From the human T2T-CHM13v2.0 reference genome, Homo sapiens, in the NCBI RefSeq assembly GCF_009914755.1, contig NC_060926.1: 64,000 nucleotides of DNA. One strand, written 5' to 3'. Below the pieces are notes generated by a model. It worked only from the letters and a program-made list of their open reading frames with translations. It searched no databases and was not told where the DNA came from. Each line of letters starts with the position of its first letter. The first letter of the stretch is position 1. A program made the position numbers and the translations under genes. Below are positions 29,001 to 45,063 of the stretch, one piece after another.

Positions 29001-30176
29001 GACCTGTGTTTGGCATTAGGGCACTCCTCTGTGCTTTGCTGGATTCTGATAGGGAGCACAGCCTGGTGTGGGGGGTGGGAGGACGGATGGTCTGCATCTT
29101 CCCTTCCCCTGCTCCAGTCCTTAGGCCAGTGCTTTCTGCACTGGGGGGTCAGGGGACATTGAAGGTGCCAGTCCAAATGCCAGTCAACACTGTGGGCAGG
29201 CCTGGCCAACACTGTCTGTGGATGCCAGACTCTGGGAAGAGAAGCACCCACGCTCAGAGATGGCCCACTCTCACTGGGCTCACAGCCAAACACACCCAGT
29301 TTTCTGGCCTCGGGCTGGGTGGGACAAGTGTATATCTCACCTGACAAGCCCTGTGAGCCTGACAAATGGAGGGAAAAAGCCACGACAGCAGCACCTCCCA
29401 GTGATCCGGAAGCTGGAGGAGGAGCAAGAGGACACAGGGTCTCTCCAAAAGGCAGAAGTGCGGGGGAGTGGCCTGGACATTGTAGAGCTGGGACAGCCAA
29501 GTCCCAGGGCAAGGGCACCAGGGGACATGGAGGAGTCCTTCCCTTGGGCCTCTCCAGAGAGGCTGCCTGGAGTTTTCACAGTTCACAAATGAGCAGAGGA
29601 AATTGTCCATGCGAACAGCCCTTAGGGGATCTCCCAGAGAGGTGTCTCGGGTGCTAGGGGAAGCCCAAACACCCCACTTCAGTTTTCACGTAGGAGGAGG
29701 AGAAGGCAATGACTTGTCTTGAAGCAGCCGCTGCCCAGCAAGCACACGATTTTTATTTAAATTGAAGGTTTATTTGGAGTGGGCTTGGGGGAGTACTTCT
29801 CATGCACACACTTTTTCTGTCTCCTCATTTCCCCAGCCCAATCCTCCCCACATTCCTCTGCCTTCCCGCCTCCCATTTTATTAGGTGTCAGTTGTCTGCT
29901 CCAAACCTTCAGTAGCTCCCATTTGTGATAAGGTGAAGTCCAAATCCCATAGCCTGCATTCAAGTTCTTCCACGGTTAGGGTGGACATACACCCCACTTT
30001 GTTTTGGATGATCTAGTTTATATCTGCTGTCTTGGCATAATAATTCATAGCACCCTGCTTCATGCAAAAATGTATCCCAGTTTGGAGAATAAATGATGTG
30101 GTCCACCCGTGTACAGTCCACTCCCAACCTCATGCTCCAGGCTAATGGCCAACTGTCTCTCTTGAATCCTCTGAGT

Positions 30177-30358
30177 CAGTGGTTTTGAACTCTGGTTGCT
30201 CATTAGAATCACCTGGGGAGCTTTTAATAAATATCACTACTTAGACTCACCCCCAAAACAGGTCAAATAAAACAGAATCTCTAGGGGCAGGACCCAGCCT
30301 TTGGTATTTTTTTAAGCATCCAGATGACTCTGATGTGCAGCCAGGGTGGAGAACAACT
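30177..30358. mobile_element. MER5A
   Basis: cagtggttttgaac...attagaatcacctggggagcttt...gatgactctgatgtgcagccagggtggagaacaactg. Confidence 0.8.
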
Positions 30359-31039
30359 GACCTCAGTAAAACAGGTGTCCTGGAACTCTGTCCCTGAGCC
30401 CATCTTACACATTTCTGTCCCTAGTTTTTGGTAACTTGCTCCCATTGTCTATCCGCCATTTAACTCTTTCTTTTCCTCTGTGTGTGGTCTTTCATTCATT
30501 CTTTAAGTCCTACCCAAGCTGCTAAGCCTAGCTCCAATGCTGCCTCCTCCTACATCTTTCCTGACCTCTTAGCCAGAAAGGGTCTTCCTCTCTACCCACT
30601 ACTGCCCCCTCCCTCCCCCACTATTGAATGTCATCTATGATCCACGCCCTGTTTTGCCTTCTTCACAGTCTATGAGCTCCATGGCATGGGTCATGTCTGA
30701 TTAATCTCTGGAGACCCCAGGGCCCAGACCCAACTTACAGTAAAGCCTCTCACACCTGAGTGAGTGACTATCACTGCTGGTCCTGAACTTGGGCAGCGTC
30801 ATCCACCCCGACACGGGGCACCAGCACATGCTGCCTCTACAAGTTAAGTTTCTTTTCCTGTGTGCGGGCTTTCATTCATTCATTCACTCACTCATTCTGC
30901 TTTGTGCCAGGCGCTGTGTTCTCCATCACCTCTTCTTGATTTCCTGTACTATTGGAGAACTGTCCTTTCTCTCTCATGTCCATCCCCTGGACAGCCCTGC
31001 AGACTGTCTTGCATATAAACGGTACTCAGTATTGATTGA

Positions 31040-31778
<739 letters not shown>

Positions 31779-34700
31779 AATATGGATTGATGGATTTTTC
31801 TTTCTATACTCATATGTTCTCAAACCTTAAACTTTTATTCTTATTCACAGGAATCAACTGATATTACTGCTAAAAACATTGGTTTCTGGGCTTCACCTTG
31901 GAGCTTCAGATACAGCAGATTGGGGCAGCGCCCAGGAATCTGCATTTGATTGTTGTATTCTAAGTGCCATTTCCCTGTTCCCCAAAGGCTTGGGTCAGAG
32001 GATTTCTGAGCCAACCTCAGAACCTCAGAAGACAAATAAAATTCTTTAACCTATTATTTCAGAAAAAAAAAGCTGAAGATTTCAAACACAACCAAAACTT
32101 TGTTTTTAGTCTGCTTCTTATTAAAAACAGACTGGGACCCAAAGAAACCCCATCGGGGTAGGTAATGAAGTAATCATGATCATACTAAAAGAACAGAATG
32201 GAAAAACTGCCTGGCCTGGAGCAAACCACAGAAAAAATTGTCTTCTGCCTCCAGTGCTCAACTGAGCCATTCAGATGAAAATATCCCACTAGCCACATCG
32301 ACAGCTTAATCTGGGGCAGGGGAGCTAGACATTAGTAAACCGCCACTCACTGCCCCCTATACAAATACATACTTACAGACACCCACTCCTACACACTCAA
32401 AATTCGAAGCTCTGGTATGTGCTCCATGATTAGGGCTTTCTTTGGGGTTACAAGGAAGCAGAGTTGTAAATCGGTATTAGAATGTGATCAAAAGGAATGT
32501 CTGTATGCAATTATTTTGTTTTGAGACCAGTGTTCAGAGGCACCGACTTTAAAGTGCTGGCTTGGTCACGTGGTGGCCTCTCACACACATAGGCGCATAT
32601 GATTTTGGTCCCCACAAAAGAAGGAAGACAAAGGCCCGGGTTTTCTCTTTGTTGCTTCTTTGTTTCAGGACGGAGTCTCACCCCAACAGCTCAAAGCACC
32701 CTCTCCCCCATCTCCCCTGGCTGTCCATTCCCTAACTGTTACAAGAGGAAGTCTTGCTAATATAACCTCTTGCCCCGGAAAGTAGCAGTTACTGTAATTT
32801 GAGAACAGAGATCCCTTGCTTAACAGAAATTCACTTAACAAAACTTCAAATTAAACAAGAGGTCAGTGAAAGGAAATAACATTTGTGAGGCATGTCTACT
32901 GAGTTCTGGGCAGTGTGCTGGGCAATTTCACACAGATTTTTGCATTTCATTCAATGAGTCATCACAACCACCCCAAAGTGGAGGTATTATTATCCCCCGT
33001 ATTATACCAAAGAATCTGAGGCTCAGAGTGGTTATGTAACTTGCACACGGTCACAAGGTTAGGAAGTAGCAAACCAAGTAAAAGATCTCCTCAAAGCAAC
33101 ATCACAGAGAAAAAAATGTTGAGGAATTCGGGTGTCCTATGAGTCCATCTTGCGGTGGCTGGCTTGCCCAGGCTGCTGCCATCTGTTACACATGCGCATG
33201 AGAAAGCAAAACTCAGTCCATCAGATAACGTCTGAGAGCAGTCAGTGCTTTGTGAAGCCCAGCAAGCCACCGTTCACCAGTGGGCATAAAACCAAAGCTT
33301 TATGTTTCGGAACAGAACTGTTAATACAGACGCATTCTAGTGATTGCATTATCGGCACCCTAAGTCACAAGGCTCTGGTCTGGGTCCCTGTTTACCCAGC
33401 TTCATTTGTAGTTGCCTTTCCCTTCCTCTCTGGGCTCCAGCCAAATAGCACCTGGCTGTCCCTCGGGGCCACCATGTTCCTTCCTGTCTCAGACCCTTGG
33501 CTATTGCTCTCCCTCTAATTGTCCTTCCCAAGGCATCTCTTCCCAGCACCACTCAGTAACTTTCATTAGAAGGAGGCTCCATGGGGCAGAGATTTTGTCT
33601 GGCTGGTTCAACATTGTATCCCCATAGCTGGAACACAGTTAACACTCAATAAACAACTGTTGAGAGGACGAATAAATGAATGAATATTTCAGACTTCAGT
33701 TCATACCTTGCTTCCTCAGTTCACCCCTCTCTGAGCCACATCCTCCTTGTGAAACGCTCCTACTCCTTACCTACTTATTTCTTTATTTTAAATGTACATA
33801 CATGTATGTATGTGCGATTATTTGTCTGACGCCTGACCCAAGACTGTAAGCTCCATGAGGGCAAGGACTATTCCTGTTTGCTCACCTTGATGCTCTCAAG
33901 AATGGCCTTATTATGGTGTGCAATAAGTGTGGGTCGAATGAATAAATGGCCAAGCAAGTCTTAAAAAGGTCAATTTCTTCTGAGCTATTTTCATAATAAA
34001 GTACTTAGAGGAACTGAGAAAAAAAAATGGGTCAGGAATCCACAGATGAGGAAGGCACTTCAAGTCAGTAGGTAGTTTAGCCACATTCCTGGTGCTTTAG
34101 GGCCACTGGATCTTACAGTGGGGATAAAGAGGGGCCAGTGGTGTTGTACCTGGGTTTCTACCACTGTGCTGCAGTCTCACTTCCATTCTTTTTGTCACAT
34201 GAGTGGGACTTACTTAAATGTGGCATCCCATGATTCATCTTCTGTTTGATAGTGTAGTATTGTTAATATGCAAATCTTACTGAGATTTCATCCAATATTT
34301 ACCCTTTTCTGTGTGCATAACATGTTAAGATCTTCTATATCCTCAAGTATGATTTTTTTTAAGTCATGTCTAGATGGCCAATTGTTTTTTCTCCAAAAGA
34401 ACACATTCCTGATTTTAAAATGAAAATCAGTGGGGAAATGAGATTCACTTAAAAGTCCATTGCCTTGTAGCCATTTCTGATGGAATACACATGCTCTGTT
34501 AAGTGAAGGGACACTCCATGAGGTTAATTTGATTTACACTTCATACGTTTCCTAAAGCATATGGTGACAGACAGAAGACGTAGGCTATGAAAGTCTGGAG
34601 GGATGTGTAAAATCTTCTTGGGAGCCAAAGGCTGTTTCTTTTTTGTGGCTTGATTTGCAGGGACTGCCTGGCAGATCTCAATGCAAACCTCAGCTGCATG

Positions 34701-35239
34701 GGGCAAGCTTAAAACCTGGACATGTGGAGGCCAGAGACAGGGCTGGGACAAGCTGCCAACTGACAAATGAATTCCCCACAGACCACCCTGTCACTTCCTA
34801 TCTGCTGGCAAAAGTTTTGTCATCTGTGCCCACACATGGACTGTCTTGGGCATGGTCAGGCTGATTGGCATAGGAGGTAGCCTGAGTCCTCTGAGGCCCC
34901 AAATATTCCAGAATTCCTGAAAATGGACAAAGCCCACAGCAGCCCAAAGCATGCAGAATGCAGGGTGCAGGGGCTGGCGGCTGATGCCTGCTGAGAACCG
35001 AGACGGCCAGTCGTCCAACTCCCACGCACTCCTAGAGCCAGATGTCATTTTCACCTCTATTTTGGTGCTAGCTGGGGGAGGGGATGTCTTTGAAAACAAG
35101 GTAATTTTTTTTTTTTTTTTTTGTAATCTGCCCTAGTAAGCTGGGTGGGTCCTGATGCATAGCGGGGAGAAAGACTAACAATAAATACCCTCACTCTGTG
35201 TGTGTGTGTTGGGTGGGGAGTTGGGGGTGGGGTCAGGGG

Positions 35240-35630
35240 TAAAATATACATTATATAAAATGTATGATTTTAATTATTTTTAAGTGTACAATTCAGCGTC
35301 ATTAAGTACATTTACAAGTTGTGCAACCATCATCCTATCCACTTCTAGAACATTTTCATCATACCAAACTGAAACCCTATGCCCATTAAACAATAACTCC
35401 TCCCAGCCCCTGGTAACCTTATTCTACTTTCTGTCTCTACGAATTTGACTATTCCAGGGACCTCATGTAAGTGAAATCATACCATCTCTGTCCTCTTATG
35501 TTCCGCTTATTTCATTCAGCATCTTATTTAAAAGTTCGTCTACGTTGTAGCTTGTGTTTTAAGAAAGAATTTTATTTTATTCAATATAAGAAAGAATTTT
35601 ATTTCTTTCTAAGGCTGAATAGTATTCCAT

Positions 35631-35672
<42 letters not shown>

Positions 35673-36595
35673 TCATATTTTATCTATTTATCTGTGATGA
35701 ACATTTGGGTTGTTCTACATTTTAGCTATTATGAATAATGCTGCAATGAACGCTGATGTACACGCACCTGTTTGAATCACAGCTTTCACTTCTTTTGCAT
35801 GTATAACTAGGAGTTGAATTGCTGGATCACATGGCAATCCTATGTGTCAATTCTTGAGGAATTCCCAAATTATTTTCCACAGTGGCAGCACCATTTTAAA
35901 TTCCCACCAACAATGCATGAGGGTTCTAATTTCTATACTTGTTCACCAACACTAGTTATTTCCCTTTATTTTAAAATAATAGCCATTCTAATGAAGTGAA
36001 GTGATAGCTCATTGTGGTTTTGATTTGCATTTCCTTAATGATTTATTATGTTGAGCATCTTTTCATGTGCTTATTGCCATCTGTATATCTTCTTTGGATA
36101 AATGTCTAGTCAAGCCATTTGACTGTTTTTGAATTGAGGTGTTTGTTTTTGTTTTTGTTTTTGTTTTTGAGACAGTCTCGCTCTGTTGCCCAGGCTGGAG
36201 TGCAGTGGCACAATCTTGGCTCACTGCAACTTCTGCCTCCTGGGTTAAAGCGATTCTGATGCCTCAGCGTCCCGAGTAGCTGAGATTGCAGGTGTGTGTC
36301 ACCACGCCCGGCTAATTTTTGTATTTTTAGTAGAGACAGGCTTCGCCATGTTGGCCAGGCTGATATCGAATTCCTGGCCTCAAGCAATCCACCTGCCTCG
36401 GCCTTCCAAAGTGCTGGGATTCCAGGTGTGAGCCACTATGCCCAGCAAGGTGTTTTTTTTGTTGTTGTTGTTGAGTTGTAGGAGTCCTTTGTATGCTCTG
36501 AATATTAATTTCTATCAGATACATGATTTGCAAATGTCTTCTTTCATTCTGTGGGTTGTTTTTTCACTCTCCTGATAGTGTCCTTTGATGCAATT
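35240..36595 (-). mobile_element. L1MB fragment containing an antisense AluS (36140-36445)
   Basis: taagtgtacaattcag...gtgcaaccatca..., gaattgctggatcacatgg, ttttgatttgcatttcc. Confidence 0.9.
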
Positions 36596-37285
36596 TCCTT
36601 GCTCTTGTATATAATACTTCCCAGTTTACAAAATACTTACAAGTATTTGCTTTATTTTTAATGTCACAAGCAATACATGAATATAGACCCCTCACAAAAT
36701 TAAAATTTTTTTTCAAGCAATACAGTTAAGCTAAAGTCAACTTTAAGCTCCATTCGCAAATCCCAGCATGATCCCATGAGATAAGGCCTTATCTGTTTGG
36801 TATTTATTCATCCAGATCTTTCCCCATATATCTGCATGAATTTCCTTCATTCAACAAATACTTATTGAATGTCTACTATAAGTGAGGCATTGCCATAGGC
36901 CCTGGGGACACAGAGGTAGCAACACAGACAAGGTCCTTACCCTGATGGAATTTACATTCTAGTTGGAGAGGGGAGGATGCATGCAACAGTAAATAAGAAA
37001 ATCTAGATTGTGAAAAGCATTGCTAAGGAAATAAACAGGATGATACGATACAAAGATCTGTTGGGGAGGGGAGAGAAGGCCATGCTGGGGAGGAGACATT
37101 TGAACTGAGAGCTAAACCCATCCATCCAGCTGAAGACCTGGAGGAAGAGCGTTCAGACAGAGGTAACAGCGGGGCAGGAACAAACTTGTCCTGTATGAGG
37201 GCAGAAAGAATCCTGGAATGCCTGGCCAGCAGTGATCACAGGAGGAGAATGAGAGTGAGATCGGAGTGCTGGAGACCAGGGAAGG

Positions 37286-37685
37286 TGATATGGTTTGGAT
37301 CTGTATTCCACCCAAATTTCATGTTCAATTGTAATCCTCAATGTTGGAAGTGGGGCCTGGTGGAAAATGACTGGATCATGAGGACAGACTCCCCCCTTGG
37401 TACTGTGTCAGGATAATGAACAGATAGTGAACGAGTTCTCATGAGATCTGATTGCTTAAAAGTATGTGGCACCTTCCCCCCTCTCTCTTCCTTCTGCTCT
37501 GGCCATGAGAAGTGCTGGCTCCCCCTTCACCTTTTGCCATGATTGTAAGTTTCCTGTGGCCTCCCCAGAAGCAGAAGCCACTATACTTCCAGTACAGCCT
37601 GTGGAACTGTGAGACAATTAAACCTCTTTGTAAATTACACACTCTCAGGCATTTCCTTATAGCAGTGCAAGAATGAATGAGTACA
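37286..37685 (+). mobile_element. MSTA/B solo LTR
   Basis: tgatatggtttgg...caaatttcatgttcaattgtaatcc...agtaca; perfect TSD gaagg at 37281 and 37686. Confidence 0.93.
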
Positions 37686-37728
37686 GAAGGCATTTGGGTT
37701 TTATTTTAAAAGCAATTAGAAGATGTTA

Positions 37729-38100
37729 GAGCCAGATGCAGTGGCTTGTGCTTATAATCCCAACACTTTGGGAGGCCAAGGTGGGAGGATTGCTAGAGGC
37801 TCGGAGTTTGTGATCAGCCTGGGCAACATAGCCAGTCCCCATCCCTACAAAAAGAGAATTTTAAAAAATTAGCCAGGCATGGTGATGCACACCTATAACC
37901 CCAGCTACTCAGAAGGCTGAGACAGGAGGATCACTTGAGCCCAGAAGTTTGAGGCTGCAGTGAACTACGATTGCACCATTGCGCCCCAGCCTGGACAACA
38001 GAGCAGGAAGCCTGGGAGGTTGAGGCTGCAGTGAGCCATGATCCCACCACTGCACTCCAGCCTGAGCAACAGAGTGAGACCCCATCTCTGAAAAAAAAAA
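37729..38100 (+). mobile_element. AluJ with an extra 3' right-arm segment
   Basis: Two successive gaggctgcagtga...ccagcctg..caacagag segments before the poly(A). Confidence 0.88.
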
Positions 38101-38746
38101 GATTAGAGGACTTTTAGCAAGAGAGTGAATGTGAATGACTTGTATTTTTAGAATATTCCTAGGATTTCCACGTAGAGACGAGTTTGGAGAATGTTGAAGA
38201 TATTCAAAGTAGGGTGGGGACGGCTTGAATTAGGGCAGCAAGAGTGAAGGGAGAAGTGAATGGCTTCAAATTGAACTTTAGGGTCTTGTGATGGTTGTGA
38301 TGAAAGGGTAAAGGAAATAAAGGGACCGATAATGATTCTTGGGTTTTTGACTAGAGCAGTTGAGTGGGGCAGTGCTGTTGCCCAGTTTAGAGAAGACATG
38401 GGCGGAGTAAGAAAGGGCAGCCCTGAAACAGAAGGTTCTGTTTTGGACCTGTTACGTTTGTGATGTCTGGGTGAGATGTCAGAGAGTTGAGATATATGAG
38501 TTTGGAGTCTCAGAAAGAGGTGGGATGTGATATAGAACAGTGGGAGTCCTCACGATATTTCATGATCATCCAGGAAGGAAATACGGCTACAGAAGGACAT
38601 TCAATATAGCCCAGGACATACCAACATTTAGAGGTTGAGAAGAGCAGGAGGAGCCAGCAGAGGACCTTGAGAAGGGATGGCCAGAGAAGTGGGGTGAAGA
38701 GGCTGAAGAGAGTGAAAAATCATAACATCCAAGAAGAAAATTCTTT

Positions 38747-39665
<919 letters not shown>

Positions 39666-40162
39666 GAAGAAAATTATTTCAAAAAGGAAATACATTTGTG
39701 TGTGTTTGCAATCTTCCATGATACTTTTTTAAATGAGGCAGCGGACACCTGTGTCAGTTGCTGCTGAGAGTTGAATTAAGCGAGGCAAGAGAAATGTACA
39801 TTTGCATTTTGCAGCATAGAGCCCATCTTGACAAGAGCAGTTTCAGTAGAGTGGTGGAGACAGAAGGGAGCTGGAATGGGCGTGAGTGGCTTAACATGAT
39901 AATAATAGCTGAACTTATATAAAACTTACTATGTGCCAGACACTGATCTAAGTGCTTTACATATATTAATCTGTGCAACAGCCCTTTGAGATAGGTACAA
40001 TTATTATCCTATTTTACAGATAAGGAATAGATCTTTAAGTAATTTGTCCAAGATCACACACATTAGGAAATGACAAAACTGGAATTTGAACCCAGACAAA
40101 ACTGGTTGATCTGGCTCCAGGAAATAGAGGCAACCCTTTTGAGAAATCTTGTTATAAATGGT

Positions 40163-40630
40163 GTATTAATTAAGATAAGGCCAGATGTTGTAACACATAA
40201 ACCACCAAAATCTATTTAGCTTGACTAAATAGAAGTTTATTTCTTCTCTTTTAAATTCCAATCAGTGATAGGAGTGGGAGAAGTGAGGATAGAGCTCTGC
40301 TCCATACAGTTATTCAGGGATCTAAGCACTTACCTTATGGCCTAGACATCTTCTTCAACACACAGCACCCTTAGTTGCCCTAGGTGTCAACATCAACCTG
40401 GCAGAAGAGGAAAGAGAATATGGAGGATCGTGTAGAAGAATTTTATGGGCCATACCTGGAAGTTGCGTACACCACTTCTGCCCACATTCTGTTATCCAGA
40501 CCTCAGTCACATGTTCTCATGAGTATGCAAAAGGAGCCAGGAAGTGTGGTCCTTGGCTGGGCAGCCACTGCCAGCAGCAGCACTACACTGTGCAAAGAGG
40601 CCGTGGATTTTTGGTGGACAGTTGTCTGTC
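40163..40630 (-). mobile_element. Old MaLR LTR (MLT1J-like)
   Basis: agaagtttatttcttctc...cctggaagttgcgtacaccacttctgcccacattc...cagtcacatg. Confidence 0.7.
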
Positions 40631-41199
40631 TACCCCATTGAGCAAAGACATAGTGAGAAAGGTATGTGTGAAAGGAGATTTGTTTTTGAATATGGGAAAT
40701 ACTGGAGCATGTTTGTGTACTGACAAGAATGACAGAGTAGGGAGGGGGAATCTAATGATGCAGGAGAGAGAGGATAATTGCAGGAGCAAAGTCCTCAGCA
40801 AGGTGATAGCAGGTGAAGGGATTGTCCTTTGAAAGGAGCAGGAGGGAGGCTGAGAGGTTGGCAGGGTGAGGGAAAATTGTTGTTGGCACATATTCAAGGA
40901 GGATTGGCGATTTCATCGTGGGAGGCACAGTTGTCCCTGGCTGAGGGCTTCTGGGTTTTTTTGGTTGAAGTGTTAAGAAAGGTCATCAGCTGGATGTGAC
41001 GTGGGGAGAGGATGTGGGGGATGGGAAGAGCGAGAATGTACGAAATAATCATTTTAGACAGAGAAAAGAAACTTAGTAGAGAAACATTTTAGAATTACCC
41101 GGCTGTGTTGCATGACCATTTGAGGTTTGTGGTTATGCATATAAAATGAAAATTACCTCCAGAAGTTGTGTGTGTGTGTGTGTGCTTACATTAATGGTG

Positions 41200-44166
41200 T
41201 CTATCATTCTCTGTGTATTATTTAGCAACTTGCTTTGTGTCTTTCCTGTGTGCTGTACGTTCAGTATTCCACAGAATGGATGCACCAGAGTTTATTCAGC
41301 CATTCCCCAGTGATGACAGCTAGGTCATTTCCAGTTCTTTACTAGAAAGCTGCAGCAAGGATTCTTTGCCTGCTGCCTCGTGCACACATGACTGTTTCTC
41401 CAGAGGTACACCAAGAAGTAGATTTGCTGGATCATAAGGGAAATAGAAGTTTTAATAGATTCTATCAAATTGCCCTCCAAAGTGACTTTACCAATTGATA
41501 CTCCCATCAGCAGAATATGAGACTACTGCCCACATCTTCATCTGCCCTACATTCAATCAAACTTACTATTTTGCTTGTCTGGTCGAATAAAAAATGTTTT
41601 TTCATTATTTTAATTTACATTTCCTTTATTATCAGGGATATTGCAGCTTCCCATAGATTTTTGGCCATTTGAATCTCTCCTCTTGTGATTTTTCCTTTCA
41701 TATTCTTTTCCTGTTTTCCTAAGCATTGTTTACTTTTTCATATTGACTTATAGCAGATTTTTACATATTTTGAATGTTATTTGTATATTGTAATTATTAC
41801 AATTTTTTTAGTTGGTTGCTAGTTTTCAATTTTGTTGATGGTGTCTTTTTTTTTTTTTAAGAGACAGAGTCTCACTCTGTCACCCAGGCTGGAGTACAGT
41901 AGTGCAATCACAGCTTACTGTAGTCTCAAACTCCTGGGCTCAAGTGATCCTCCCGCTTCAGCCTCTCAAGTAGCTGAAACCACACATATGCACCACTACA
42001 CCTGGCTTTTTTTTTTTGTGGAGACAGGGTCTCACTCTATTGACCAGGCTGGTCTCCAACTCCTGGACTCAAGCAATCCTCCCCTCTCAGCTTCCTAAAG
42101 TGCTGGGATTACAGGTGTGAACCACTGCACTGGGTCATGTTGATGGTACTCTTTGATGTCGTTAAATTTATTCATATCTTCCTTAATGCTTTTATATTAA
42201 GTGCCTTATTGCACAAGCTTTCCCTATCACTAATTCATAAAAATAATATCCTATATTTTCTTCTAATTCTTTTGTAGTTTTTTAAATTAAAGTCTTAATT
42301 TTGAGATAATTGTAGCTTCACATGCAGTTGTAAGAAGTAATACAGGAAGATCCATGTTCCCTTAATCCGGTTTCCCCCAATGGTAACATCTTGGAATATC
42401 ACAACTAGGACACTGATATTGGACTCGACGTTGATACAGTCAAGATACAGAATGATTTCCCCACCACAAAGAGCCCTTGTGTTGCCCTTTTAGAACCACA
42501 CCCACTTCTCTTTCCCCCACTCCTTTGTCCACTGCCATCCCCTCTTTAACTCTGGCAACCACTAGTCTGCTCTCCATTTCTATAATTTTGTCATTTCAAG
42601 AATGTTATATAAATAGAATCAACTGTATGGGACCTTTTGAGATTGACTTTTTTTCAGCCAACATAATGCCCTGAAGATTCATTCAGGTGGTTTTGTGTAT
42701 CGATAGCTTCTTCCCTTTTATTGCTGAGAAGTAATCCATGGTGTGCTTGCACTCCATTTGCTTAACCATTCATTCATTGAAGGATATCTGGGTTGTTTCC
42801 AGTTTGCAGATATTTTTGTACAAGTTTTTGTGTGAACATAAGTTTTCATATCCCTGGGATAAACATTGAAAAGTACAATTGTTAAGACTTGTGATAGTTG
42901 CACACCTAGTTTTTTAAGAAACTTCCAAATGATTTTCCAGTGGCTATGCCATTTTACATTCCCATCTGCGAAGTATAAGTGATCCAATTTCTTCATATCC
43001 TGGTCAGCATTTGATGTTGTCACTATTTTTTATTTTAGCCATTTTGATAGATGTGTGTTGATATCTCATGTGGTTGTCTTGGCACTTTCCTAATGGCTAA
43101 GGATGTTGACCATCTTTTCATGTGCTTATAACCAGGAGTACCAGGAGTACACTCTCTTTGGCTAAATGTCTGTTCATGTCTTTTGCCCATTTTTGAATTC
43201 GATTCTTTGTTTTTTATTGTTCAGTTTTGAGAGAAATGTATGTATTCTAGGCTCTAGTCCTCTGTGTTTTGCAAATATCTTCTCCCAATCTTTAGATTGT
43301 CTTTTTATTCTCTGTACAGGGTCTTTCACAAAGCAAAAGTTTTCAGTTTTGATGAAGCCCAATTTATTGATGTTTCCTTTTATGGATAATACTTTTGGTG
43401 TCAAGGCTGAGAACTCTGTCTAGCCCAAAACCACAAAAATGTTTCTCCCATGTATTTTCTTCCTAAAAGTTTTGTAGTTTTAGGTTTCACATTTATGTTT
43501 GTGATTCATTTTGAGTTAATTTTTTTATACAGCCTGGAGTCTAGGTCAAGGTTCACTTTTACCTATGGATGTTCAGTGGTTCCAGGACCATTTGTTTACA
43601 AGGCTATCCTTCATCCATTGGATTGCGTTTGCATCTTTTTCAAAACTCGGTTGCGCATATCTGTGTAGGTCTATTTCTGGATTTTCCATCCTTTCCCATT
43701 GATTTATGCTTCCATCCCTCCACCAATATCACACAGTCCTAATTATCATAGCTATATAACATCTTGGAATTGGGTAGACTAATTCCCACTTAGTTCTTCT
43801 TTTTCAAAAAAAGTATGTGTATATATTATTTACTTCATATGCTTTATCACAAAACCACAAAAACAATCTCCTACATTTTATCCTAATTCTTTTGCAGTTT
43901 AAAAAGATATATTTAGTTCTTTAAGTAACCTGGAATTTATTATTATGACTGGTGTGAAGTAGAAATTAAACTTGACTTTCATTTTCTGCAGTTGTTTCTC
44001 CTAAAATATTTAATTGAATGTTTTGTCACTCATCTGAAATACCAACTGTATCATACACTAAGTTTCTACATATTCGAGGGTCTGTTTGTGCACTCACTAT
44101 CCTATTACTTTGGTCTATTTGTCTATTTAATCCTATATTATTTTTAATTCTCTAACTTCATAATAT
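41200..44166 (-). mobile_element. Nested old L1 fragments (L1ME/L1MC-like) with an AluJ at 41845-42135
   Basis: T-rich antisense L1 3'UTR/ORF2 text (ttcacatgcagttgtaagaa, gaaggatatctgggttgtttccag, cattttgagttaattttt). Confidence 0.85.
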
Positions 44167-44170
44167 GTTT

Positions 44171-45063
<893 letters not shown>

